Positions 26,760 through 35,476 of a DNA stretch of 64,000 nucleotides are shown one piece after another. The stretch spans positions 4,390 to 68,389 of the forward strand of contig CBDBFU010000023.1 of the NCBI GenBank assembly GCA_965205025.1, written 5' to 3'. A program made the translations under genes and the position numbers. Within the stretch, counting starts at the first letter, position 1; every line of letters starts with the position of its first letter. The DNA is from Candidatus Poribacteria bacterium (lineage in GTDB: Bacteria; Poribacteria; WGA-4E; WGA-3G). Under the pieces are notes generated by a model. It was not told the DNA's origin. It was given only the letters and a program-made list of their open reading frames with translations, and searched no databases.

Positions 26760-29600
26760 TTATCTATTAACCGGGATGTCCCCAGAAAGTACTTTTTTCC
26801 AATTCCACAACAAAATCGTCCCATCTTCACCAGTAGTAGCAAGAGTGTTTCCATCATGTGAGAATAGGAGGGATTTTATTGGGGCAGTGTGTCCTCTTGA
26901 GAGAGTATGTATTTGCAGACCAGAATCAATCTCCAATATATTTACATCATGGCTCTTATAATCCACAGATAAAAGTTTTGATCCATCAGGAGAGAAAAGT
27001 AACATCTCGGAAGCAACTTGATCATGTAGGATATTATTAACCTCAACTTTGTCTGAATTTGTAATATCCCATATTTCAATAGTCTCCCATCTTTTTACTG
27101 CAATTAATCTACTATCATGTGAGAACTTTAGTATATCAGCATCAAACGGATAGGATACTATTTTATTCATTCTTGCAATATCCCAAATAGTTGTTTTTGC
27201 CTCACCCTCATATCTCCCACTTGCAGCAAGTTTTTGTCCATCTGGGGAAATAGCCATTGATCTAATATAACCAGTATTCTTTTTCATATCATCAAATAAA
27301 CTGAGTTCAAATAATTGGACACCTTCTCTTACATTTATGAAAGTTACAATAGGATATTGGTATGCGTATACAAGAATATCTTGGTTAGGTATAAAGTCAA
27401 AATGGGATGTGTATATCATAGAAGTATCCTCAGACATTACAACAGTAGGTAACTCCATATTGTTAATTAGATCGTATATTCTGACTTTATTTAATTGTTG
27501 TGTGGCAATAAGATTGGCTTTTTTGGATATACTGCCTTTCCATACATAAATGTTCTGGATTAAGGATGGTGTTAATTCTTTGCCTGTGTTTACACTCCAG
27601 TTTTGTATTTTCTTGCTTGAACCAGCACTCATGATAGTAGTATCATCTGGTGAAAATGCTATAGACTCTACAAAAGCTGTATGTCCTTCTGTCACAACGC
27701 GTTTATTATTTTTGTTAGCCAGATCCCATGAACGTATTGTCCCATCTTTGCTGCCACTGACAAGTGTTTTACCGTCTGGTGACAGAACCAGAGAAGTAAT
27801 TGTATATCTGTGTCCAATCAGTGTATTAAGTTCCTGACCCGAATTGACATCCCATACTTTTATATTTCCATTACCTCCACCGGTAATAATCTTTTTACCA
27901 TCATTTGAAAATACCAATGAATAGATCCAATTGGTATCATCTTCAAGTGTAACTTTTTCTTTCCCACTTATTAAATCCCAGATTATAACTTCTTTGTCTG
28001 GAACTACTGAAGCAAATAAGCTTTCGTCTTGAGAAATTGTTATTGCTTCTATAGGTTGGTCAATTTTCTTTTTAGGTTTCCTAAAGAAATTAAAAACCTT
28101 ATCCCAATTGATCCAATTAGAATGACCCCTAATTTTGTAGGATAGTGTGATCTTAGGAATTTCTCCATCAAAGTGAATATCTTTCTTACTAATTTCGCCA
28201 CTGTTATGGCCTATTATCATGAAACTATGATCGGAATTTATGGCATAGACAGCATCCCTATCAATATAATTTAGGGTTAAAGGACTCCTGGATTTAATAT
28301 CCCATAATGACAGATGTCCAGATATTCCATCTGATCTTATTCCATATAGAATATTTTCCCCTTTTGAATAAGAAACTATAGATCCTGGAGCATAAATTTG
28401 TGATGGGAGATAGGTCCTATTTAATATTTCAGCTTGTCTATGAAATATTGATTTCTGTTTACCTGTATGAATATCCCATATTTGAATACGACTATTATAA
28501 CCACAGGTGGTGAGAGATTTTCCATCAGTTGAAAAAGTTAATGCTGTTATATTTCTTGGTTGATTAAATTGGATTGGGATACCTTCCCCAGTTTCTATAT
28601 CATAAACCCACGCACCAACACTACTTCCAACTGCAAGTTTAGATCCATCGGGAGAGAATTGCATTACATTAATTCCACCCTTTCCAAGACGGTAATTAAC
28701 TTGTGGTGGTAATCCTTTAGAATGATATTCTGGATCTGGCTCAAGATCTTTTTGAATATCAGTAACCAAGTCAGGTATCTTATATTGTAACTTCTGTATT
28801 ACGTTGTAATCTTGAATTGGATTATTACTGATATGTAATACCTCTAAATTTTCAAGTTTACTTATCGGACTTACATCCATAATATTGTTATTGTTAATCC
28901 GTAAATCATATAGTTTAGAGAGAATACCGATTGGGTTAATATCACTAATCTGATTGTTAGCCAACTGTAGTCCTGTCAGTTGATGGATTTCATATAGTGG
29001 AGATATATCTTGAATTTGGTTCTTTTGAAGTGATAGATATTTCAAGCGTAACATACCTTTTAAGGGAGAAATATTCAGAATATTGTTCTCTTGAAGTGAT
29101 AAATATCTCAGTTTTCTAAGATTAGATAATGGACCAATATCTTGAATATTATTTCCTTGTAACATCAGGTATTCAAGCTGTTTTAATTCTCGTATCGGTG
29201 AAATATCATGTATGTGGTTATCATGCAGTAATAAAGCCGTAAGTTGAGATAATTGTGCCAATGGACCAATTTCACTAATGTCATTATTATAGAGATTCAA
29301 AAATTTTAATTGAGTCAATCCTCTTAAAGGCGATAAATCAGTGATATTATTCTCATTAAGATGTAAGGTTGTTAAACTTGTGAATTTTTCTAATCCAGTT
29401 AAATCATTTATATCTCTATTATGAGCATTAATGATTTTTAGCTTATCTATTTTGTTAATTGAAATACGAGAATTAGTTTTTAATTTTAGGGCTTCCCGAA
29501 TTACTTTAGCCAGATTCTCATCTGGAATATCAACAAATTCAGATGTAGTACAACTCATAAAAATTATACTAATCAATAATAATAGAATGATATTTTTCAT
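26760..29600 (-). CDS. LRR (internalin-like) + WD40 repeat putative lipoprotein
   Basis: 946 aa. MKNIILLLLISIIFMSC is a lipobox-like signal. About nine 22-residue LRRs (LxxLxxLxLxxNxIxDISPL) are followed by many WD40 units (GHxxxIxSLxFSxDGxxLxSGSxDGTIxxWD). Confidence 0.85.
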   Translation of the reverse strand: MKNIILLLLISIIFMSCTTSEFVDIPDENLAKVIREALKLKTNSRISINKIDKLKIINAHNRDINDLTGLEKFTSLTTLHLNENNITDLSPLRGLTQLKFLNLYNNDISEIGPLAQLSQLTALLLHDNHIHDISPIRELKQLEYLMLQGNNIQDIGPLSNLRKLRYLSLQENNILNISPLKGMLRLKYLSLQKNQIQDISPLYEIHQLTGLQLANNQISDINPIGILSKLYDLRINNNNIMDVSPISKLENLEVLHISNNPIQDYNVIQKLQYKIPDLVTDIQKDLEPDPEYHSKGLPPQVNYRLGKGGINVMQFSPDGSKLAVGSSVGAWVYDIETGEGIPIQFNQPRNITALTFSTDGKSLTTCGYNSRIQIWDIHTGKQKSIFHRQAEILNRTYLPSQIYAPGSIVSYSKGENILYGIRSDGISGHLSLWDIKSRSPLTLNYIDRDAVYAINSDHSFMIIGHNSGEISKKDIHFDGEIPKITLSYKIRGHSNWINWDKVFNFFRKPKKKIDQPIEAITISQDESLFASVVPDKEVIIWDLISGKEKVTLEDDTNWIYSLVFSNDGKKIITGGGNGNIKVWDVNSGQELNTLIGHRYTITSLVLSPDGKTLVSGSKDGTIRSWDLANKNNKRVVTEGHTAFVESIAFSPDDTTIMSAGSSKKIQNWSVNTGKELTPSLIQNIYVWKGSISKKANLIATQQLNKVRIYDLINNMELPTVVMSEDTSMIYTSHFDFIPNQDILVYAYQYPIVTFINVREGVQLFELSLFDDMKKNTGYIRSMAISPDGQKLAASGRYEGEAKTTIWDIARMNKIVSYPFDADILKFSHDSRLIAVKRWETIEIWDITNSDKVEVNNILHDQVASEMLLFSPDGSKLLSVDYKSHDVNILEIDSGLQIHTLSRGHTAPIKSLLFSHDGNTLATTGEDGTILLWNWKKVLSGDIPVNR

Positions 29601-29785
29601 ATTCTTAATATCTTGTAATTCTTTGTATTCAAATAATTCAGTTATGAATGAGTAATTTGTAACGGAATTAGTCGTTTTGAACTTGAAAAGGCGCGATAAT
29701 CCCTATTATAGAGTGGGTTTATATGGTATCTTATAGGTGAGAAATTTAGGAACTTTAACCCAAATTAAACACGAGTATACAAGTT

Positions 29786-30058
29786 ATACCATTTCTGGTA
29801 ATTAAAGTCTCATTAATAGAATCTCTATAATGTAGCACAAACTTCATGAGGATTAAGTTTTAAATTCGGTAATTCCCATTTTCCCAAACTTGGTAGGTTC
29901 GGTTTCCTAACCACGGGGAATGCTATATAGCATTCATACTGTTGATTCGAATTTCTAACACATTACCGAATTATTATTTTAATCTTCATCCAGTTTGTGT
30001 AGTATTTCAAGACATAAATATCACCCAATCGTGGGAGAATCATTTATAGAAATGGTAT
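29786..30058. mobile_element. composite nested-palindrome MITE (family A enclosing modules B, C, D, E)
   Basis: ATACCATTTCT (29786-29796) / AGAAATGGTAT (30048-30058). CACAAACTT | CATGAGGATTAAG ... TTAATCTTCAT | CCAGTTTGTG. Inner AATTCGGTAATT / CATTACCGAATT. Core GGTAGGTTCGGTTTCCTAACC plus palindrome GAATGCTA-TA-TAGCATTC (29918-29935). Confidence 0.75.
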
Positions 30059-30205
30059 TATTATTCTGATGTTCTTGCTAATCTAAATTGTATCAGAATC
30101 CGTCGGAAAAAATCAACTCATTACGGAGTATCCCTTGATATACTACTTGAATTCAAATTATAAATGTGATTTAATGCAACCATTATTTACCATACCATAA
30201 GGAGC

Positions 30206-30754
30206 TTGGGTATGTTTAATAGAATTGCAGGTATGATATTCATCATCTGTTTACTCTTAGTTGCGTGCTATGTTTTGTATCAATATGATACTGCACCTGC
30301 CAAGAAAGAAGCAGCCAAAAATGCTGAAATTGTGCATCAATGGGAAAGAGAGCAATCTAATACTGGCAGCACACCAGAAACAGTGTCACCCCAAGAAACT
30401 GTGGAAAGTGCGACACCAATCGCTTCGGTGAACCCCGAACATGAGTTACTCTTCCGTGTTCGAATCAAACTATATCAACAAGGTATTCAAGCTACAGGAG
30501 CAACTTATTTACGTAACGGACTAATTTATCCTATCATAAAAGGTGTCTGTTATGTTGAATGGGATACGGTGGAATATCCAGATGGCACTGTTAAAAGGTA
30601 TGTTTCTCGTTCTACAGGACATCCTGACGATCATTTCATGCGTGGAGCAAAGGGTCGTGTTTTAGAAAGTGATATTCCAAGTCACCTCAAAATTTACACA
30701 TACCCAGATGGGGGTATTGATCCCTATGAATTTTTAAATTTATCAAAGGAGTAA
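30206..30754 (+). CDS. membrane-anchored hypothetical protein
   Basis: 182 aa with a single N-terminal TM helix (IAGMIFIICLLLVACYVLY). No family recognised. Confidence 0.45.
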   Translation: MGMFNRIAGMIFIICLLLVACYVLYQYDTAPAKKEAAKNAEIVHQWEREQSNTGSTPETVSPQETVESATPIASVNPEHELLFRVRIKLYQQGIQATGATYLRNGLIYPIIKGVCYVEWDTVEYPDGTVKRYVSRSTGHPDDHFMRGAKGRVLESDIPSHLKIYTYPDGGIDPYEFLNLSKE

Positions 30755-30874
30755 TTTGAATTGCTTACACTCATTTATAATAAGATGAAAATCAAAAATG
30801 TATTCCGTTCACTCTTAAGTTATATTATTATTAACATACGTGATTCACGGAGAATTGGTATACTTTAAATTATA

Positions 30875-30895
30875 AACCCTTATACAATAAGGGTT
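30875..30895. terminator. candidate bidirectional terminator hairpin between convergent genes
   Basis: AACCCTTA-TACAA-TAAGGGTT (8-bp stem) in an A/T-rich context. It is nested inside an outer inverted repeat TTCACGGAG ... CTCCGTGAA. No clean U-tract. Confidence 0.35.
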
Positions 30896-30990
30896 CGTAA
30901 AATTGCTCCGTGAAGGTTTCCGTGAAAGTACAATCATCTCAGAACGATAAATATTAACACTTTTCCATTTATATTAACGGATACACAGTA

Positions 30991-33132
30991 CTATAACTTT
31001 GATGGTTCGATTACCAAGTCCGGTATAGGATTCCCCATTTTATCAGTTATACGAAAATAAAAACCCCAGCCACCAGTTTCTTCACATACCTTAACGAGAA
31101 TACTGTTTTTACCTGCTTTAAGAAATACAGGAAATTTATAGTCATCAATCTGAGCTGTGAAAGTTTCTGTATGTTGAAATATTGCTTTTCCATTGAACCA
31201 TACTTTTCCTTGATCATCTGAATCAAAACGGAATTGAACGACTTGATCTTTTGGTGAGATTACCGTTGTATATGCATAACCGACTGCCCAATCCACATCC
31301 TTTCCAAGATGAACATACCCATTGAAGATTTCATCCTTCCCATTCCTCCATTGGATTTTATCATATTTCCCTTCATATACTTCATCAGTGTTAAATTCGG
31401 TTAACTCTTCATTAATATATGATTTTTTACATCCATTACCCATCCTGTTATCAAAAGGACCAAGAACAATCCAGGAATCTTCCGTAATAAATGCTGTCTT
31501 GTTAATCTCTGTCCTTGCTTTTTCATTCATTCCATTTTCTTGATAAAAATCCGCTAAAGCTAATGTTGCATGATAATATGGTGATGAGTTATTAGGCATT
31601 AAGTCAATAATAGATTTCAACATTTCTGCATAAGTATCTTTATTTTTGATATTTTTACTGGTTTTTACAATCCGTTCAAACCATCTACGTTCCATAAATG
31701 GTAATCCAATAGATTCAATATTAGTTTCAATTAGGTGAAGGGCATCCCCAAATCGTTCATTAACAAGAAAAGCATGCCCGAGTGTAATAGTATTGTTTGA
31801 ATCATATCGATTACTGAATGCTAATAATGCACAATCTAAGGCTTCTTCAGGGAGTATATTCTTAGCGAGTAGAAATTCTGCAATTCTGTTATATTCAGTT
31901 GATTGATTTTTTAGATCCGCTAATATCCTCTCATTTTTATACCAGTTTTTGTATGCATTTTCTGCTTCCTTATGTTTGCCTAACTTTGAGTATGTATCTC
32001 CTAACAATTTAAACAAGACAATACTATCATCCATTGTTGGTTCTAAACCTTCAAGAATCTCAATCAGACTATTTTCCTTCTCTTGTAGAGTATATAGATT
32101 ACTTAGATCCAATAAAATGTTATCATGCTCAAACATAGTTAAATCGGCATCTAATGCTTGGAGGTACAGATTTTCTGCATCTGAAATACGTTTAGATTTA
32201 ACTAACGCCTGTGTCAAAATACGATAATATTCAAATATATTGGGATCTTTCTCAATTTTCTGTTCATAGATTCTTATAATCTCTTGAAACTGTTCAGGAT
32301 TTGCTTCAACAGGTTCAGGTTTAATATACTCGATAATTTTTGCGTTACCTTCAAAGAATCCAACATTATTATTTTGTGAGATGTCAGTAATAATTGAAAC
32401 ATTTTTCTTATCAAAGTTCCAATAAGCCACTAAACCATCTTCATTTCCATTCAATTTATTTTTTATAGAAATCTGTATTTCATCGCTTGTTAGTGCTTTG
32501 TTCCAAACGGATACATCGTCTATCTGACCAATAAAAGTTGAAAGTGCCACTATTTCTGTTTCATGGGCATGTCCTATCCGAAGTGGTAATTTACTTTCAT
32601 AGATTTCAGGATTCCAATTAAATCCATTACTTCCAACCTCCAATCCATCTATATATAGTTGCATTATATTATTCTCTGTATCAATGACACCTGCAATGTG
32701 AGTCCATTCATTTAACGAGACTGCCCCTGAATGTGAAAAGATATATCTTTCACCTTGACCTTTCGGTGAAAATGCAAATTGAATTGCACCATTACTGCGT
32801 AAAAATAGGGCGAAACTTCTATTGCTAATTTCAGGAGTACGTTTATCACCTTTATAGACAATAGATACATATTTGTTGGGAAATGCTATAGGTCTTATCC
32901 AAGCGGTAACCGTAATCTTCTGATTAATTGTATTCAATATATTACTATCAATGATTTCTACATAGCTATTGTTGCCGTCAAGATGGAGTGCAGAATCCAT
33001 AATTATGTTATCATTCTTGTCAATATTATTTTTGATATCATTCTGTGCATAAGAAATTGAATATAACGAAAACACAACTAAATTAATCGTAAGTAGAATT
33101 ATGGGTTGAAATCGGAGAATTTTTAAAGGCAT
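30991..33132 (-). CDS. secreted LamG + TPR-like helical + C-terminal jelly-roll protein (paralogue 2)
   Basis: 713 aa, signal peptide. Blocks shared with paralogue 1: FIGQIDDVSVWN, LLGDTYSK, WIVLGPFDNRMGNGCKKSYINE, GKNSILVKV...GGWGFYFRITD. Confidence 0.8.
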   Translation of the reverse strand: MPLKILRFQPIILLTINLVVFSLYSISYAQNDIKNNIDKNDNIIMDSALHLDGNNSYVEIIDSNILNTINQKITVTAWIRPIAFPNKYVSIVYKGDKRTPEISNRSFALFLRSNGAIQFAFSPKGQGERYIFSHSGAVSLNEWTHIAGVIDTENNIMQLYIDGLEVGSNGFNWNPEIYESKLPLRIGHAHETEIVALSTFIGQIDDVSVWNKALTSDEIQISIKNKLNGNEDGLVAYWNFDKKNVSIITDISQNNNVGFFEGNAKIIEYIKPEPVEANPEQFQEIIRIYEQKIEKDPNIFEYYRILTQALVKSKRISDAENLYLQALDADLTMFEHDNILLDLSNLYTLQEKENSLIEILEGLEPTMDDSIVLFKLLGDTYSKLGKHKEAENAYKNWYKNERILADLKNQSTEYNRIAEFLLAKNILPEEALDCALLAFSNRYDSNNTITLGHAFLVNERFGDALHLIETNIESIGLPFMERRWFERIVKTSKNIKNKDTYAEMLKSIIDLMPNNSSPYYHATLALADFYQENGMNEKARTEINKTAFITEDSWIVLGPFDNRMGNGCKKSYINEELTEFNTDEVYEGKYDKIQWRNGKDEIFNGYVHLGKDVDWAVGYAYTTVISPKDQVVQFRFDSDDQGKVWFNGKAIFQHTETFTAQIDDYKFPVFLKAGKNSILVKVCEETGGWGFYFRITDKMGNPIPDLVIEPSKL

Positions 33133-33250
33133 AATCTACCTCTTTAATAGACAGCGTTAGACTATCTATGGTAATCATTTCTTTTGTTTAATTTGTGGAA
33201 CTATATCTTTCTATTGTAACGATAAATTGGATGCAACTTGTATAGATTGG

Positions 33251-34102
33251 TTAAAGTCCAAGTGAGGTTAATGTGAATGTATCGTGATACCATCCCGTAC
33301 AATTACTATGTATATAAACGATATCGTCAATAATCATCTGAAGATTATTCGGGAATTTCTCTACAAGATCATGTCCACGAAGGAAACGTCCATCATAACG
33401 TCTAAAAAACACAGTGCGACCATCCTCGTTCAAATATACTTCACACATTTCTCCACCATGTTCCGCCTCAATATCAGGATCTATGACTCGAAGACAATGA
33501 AAGGTGTTATCACCAATTGTAACATCGTACGTTCCTGCCCCTAACCCGTTCCCATCAGTGATTTTGTATGAACCATCTGGTTGAAGTCCATATCGTCCAT
33601 CGTCAAATATATGACGATTACAAGGACCACCCCATTGGTCTTCAAACCATTCATCTCCAAGTGTATTATATATCCTCTTACCATCAATAGTATTTACAAC
33701 TGCTATCCATCTTGTGTGATTATCATCAATGGCAACATACATTAAATCTGGAGATGGTGGCCAATCTTTTGTTAACAATTCATTAAATTGGATTTCTACA
33801 CATTCAGTATCTCTTATGTAAGCGTTTGCAGTAGGAATCATTTCCGTAACCGCATCTAATTTCTGAGTTTCTCCATCGTATTCTGCCCACATATACCGTT
33901 CACCCATGCGTGGAATCATAAACCACCATTGCAACTCCTGACAATCTACTTGTTTGATGGTATGTGAACTCTCAACGATTTTAATCTCTGGACGAGTAGG
34001 GGGAAATGGATGTTCAAGTATTTCTCCAGTTGGTTTTATCGTAAATTTCTCACTCATGATATTATTTTTCTCTTCCACTTGAATATTGATATAGGATTGC
34101 AC
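33251..34102 (-). CDS. hypothetical cytoplasmic protein
   Basis: 283-aa ORF (GTG start at 34102; alternative ATG at 34057 giving MSEKFTIKPTG). No signal peptide and no recognised family. Confidence 0.5.
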   Translation of the reverse strand: MQSYINIQVEEKNNIMSEKFTIKPTGEILEHPFPPTRPEIKIVESSHTIKQVDCQELQWWFMIPRMGERYMWAEYDGETQKLDAVTEMIPTANAYIRDTECVEIQFNELLTKDWPPSPDLMYVAIDDNHTRWIAVVNTIDGKRIYNTLGDEWFEDQWGGPCNRHIFDDGRYGLQPDGSYKITDGNGLGAGTYDVTIGDNTFHCLRVIDPDIEAEHGGEMCEVYLNEDGRTVFFRRYDGRFLRGHDLVEKFPNNLQMIIDDIVYIHSNCTGWYHDTFTLTSLGL

Positions 34103-34115
34103 TTGTCTGTTCGTC

Positions 34116-34208
34116 TTATGTCCTTTTCACTAAAATTATGAGAACTAATAATAAAAGTCCTACAAACACTCCACCTATAATTATCATTTCATATAAACCG
34201 AAAAACAT
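34116..34208 (-). CDS. 30-aa hydrophobic mini-protein
   Basis: Not in the track (too short). AGGAGA RBS 5 nt before the ATG. Translates to MFFGLYEMIIIGGVFVGLLLLVLIILVKRT. Paralogous to 34295-34399. Confidence 0.45.
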   Translation of the reverse strand: MFFGLYEMIIIGGVFVGLLLLVLIILVKRT

Positions 34209-34294
34209 AATATCTCCTGTCCTCTATTAATGAATAAGTGAATTGAATTACATGTGTAGTTGAGTTTTTATAATATGGCAAACACTATATGAAC

Positions 34295-34399
34295 TCAACT
34301 ACCTTTTGGATTGATAAATAGGATTATCGTTAATATAATTCCTACTATAAAAATAACAGCAAAGAACAATATTCCAATTTCAAATAAACCGATAGACAT
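34295..34399 (-). CDS. 34-aa hydrophobic mini-protein
   Basis: Not in the track. GAGGAT RBS. Translates to MSIGLFEIGILFFAVIFIVGIILTIILFINPKGS. Shares the MxxGL[YF]E start with 34116-34208. Confidence 0.45.
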   Translation of the reverse strand: MSIGLFEIGILFFAVIFIVGIILTIILFINPKGS

Positions 34400-34449
34400 A
34401 AAAATATCCTCAAATATTACTTAGTAATTCCAACTAAGAGTACGAAATT

Positions 34450-35262
34450 TTATTCATTTTTCCATCGTTTTACAGCATCCAATTTAGTTTGTTGCCAATC
34501 TGTCCAATCTTTTTTGCCTTCATATCTGACAACGTCATGTATTGTTGCACGTGGTTGATAAGTAATATAGTTCCCCGTATGCCATGCAAGATTCCTATAA
34601 ATCATAAAGTCACCGGGACCAAGGTGTACCTGTACAGCCCCAGGAAACTGTTGACAATGTTCCAAATTATAACGTTCGGCTTCCACATTTGACTGTCCTT
34701 CCTGCGGTTTTCGCAACTTCGGATCTTTTGTAGATTGTTCTTCTCCCGGCATATCCCATTGACGCAGATGACTTCCTGGTACAAACCATGTACAAGAATC
34801 AGAATAAATTGCACAATTTACCTGATTAAAGTGTCTTAGGTCATACCAGACTTCTGCTAACTTTGCCACGACCTGTTCATCTCTTGCTTCAAGAGGAACT
34901 TCAACAACACCATCACGATGCCAACCAATATGCCATGGATGTTCCAAAGGTTCAACTAACAAACCCATTATATCTACATGACCATGCGTATAGTCATCTC
35001 CAAGCAAATTCTGTATAGCATCTTTAAGTTCAGGAAGTTCTGTATAATCGTAGAATGGTTTCAGGTTCAGTTCATCACCATAATTTGAGAGTGGTTGAAT
35101 ACGTTGGGTTTGAGGACCATTAAGTTTGTGTGCCAGGTGTCGTGCTTTTTCAGCTTCTATGCGTAAATCTGTGAGTAATGATGGAGGAACAATGCCTCGA
35201 AGTATTAAATACCCTTGAGATAGATATTCATTCACCATATAGTTGTGAAATTTGAATGACAC
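34450..35262 (-). CDS. PhyH-family Fe(II)/2-oxoglutarate dioxygenase
   Basis: 270 aa (GTG start with GAGG RBS). HIGWHRDG HxD context and a distal AWHTG histidine. Confidence 0.7.
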   Translation of the reverse strand: MSFKFHNYMVNEYLSQGYLILRGIVPPSLLTDLRIEAEKARHLAHKLNGPQTQRIQPLSNYGDELNLKPFYDYTELPELKDAIQNLLGDDYTHGHVDIMGLLVEPLEHPWHIGWHRDGVVEVPLEARDEQVVAKLAEVWYDLRHFNQVNCAIYSDSCTWFVPGSHLRQWDMPGEEQSTKDPKLRKPQEGQSNVEAERYNLEHCQQFPGAVQVHLGPGDFMIYRNLAWHTGNYITYQPRATIHDVVRYEGKKDWTDWQQTKLDAVKRWKNE

Positions 35263-35476
35263 TGTTTACCTCTATGGTAGACAATTAGATATTGATTCTT
35301 ATGCGAAATCAAATATATATGTAAAGTATTAGATATTGGATGATATTTGTTATACCAGATTCCATTCATTCTACAATAATGATTTTTAGATGTCAATAAA
35401 AAGCAATATTCAATTCTACTTGACGAGTGGTAATTCTTATGTATAATGTGGAAACTATAATAGTTATAGAGTAAGC

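Noticed and set aside
26758-26762. TAATG stop/start overlap as proof of translational coupling between the LRR-WD40 and LamG-TPR genes
   Set aside because: The downstream ATG 26716-26718 has a better RBS and yields a clean signal peptide, so the overlap start is probably not used. The operon linkage remains likely, but coupling is unproven.
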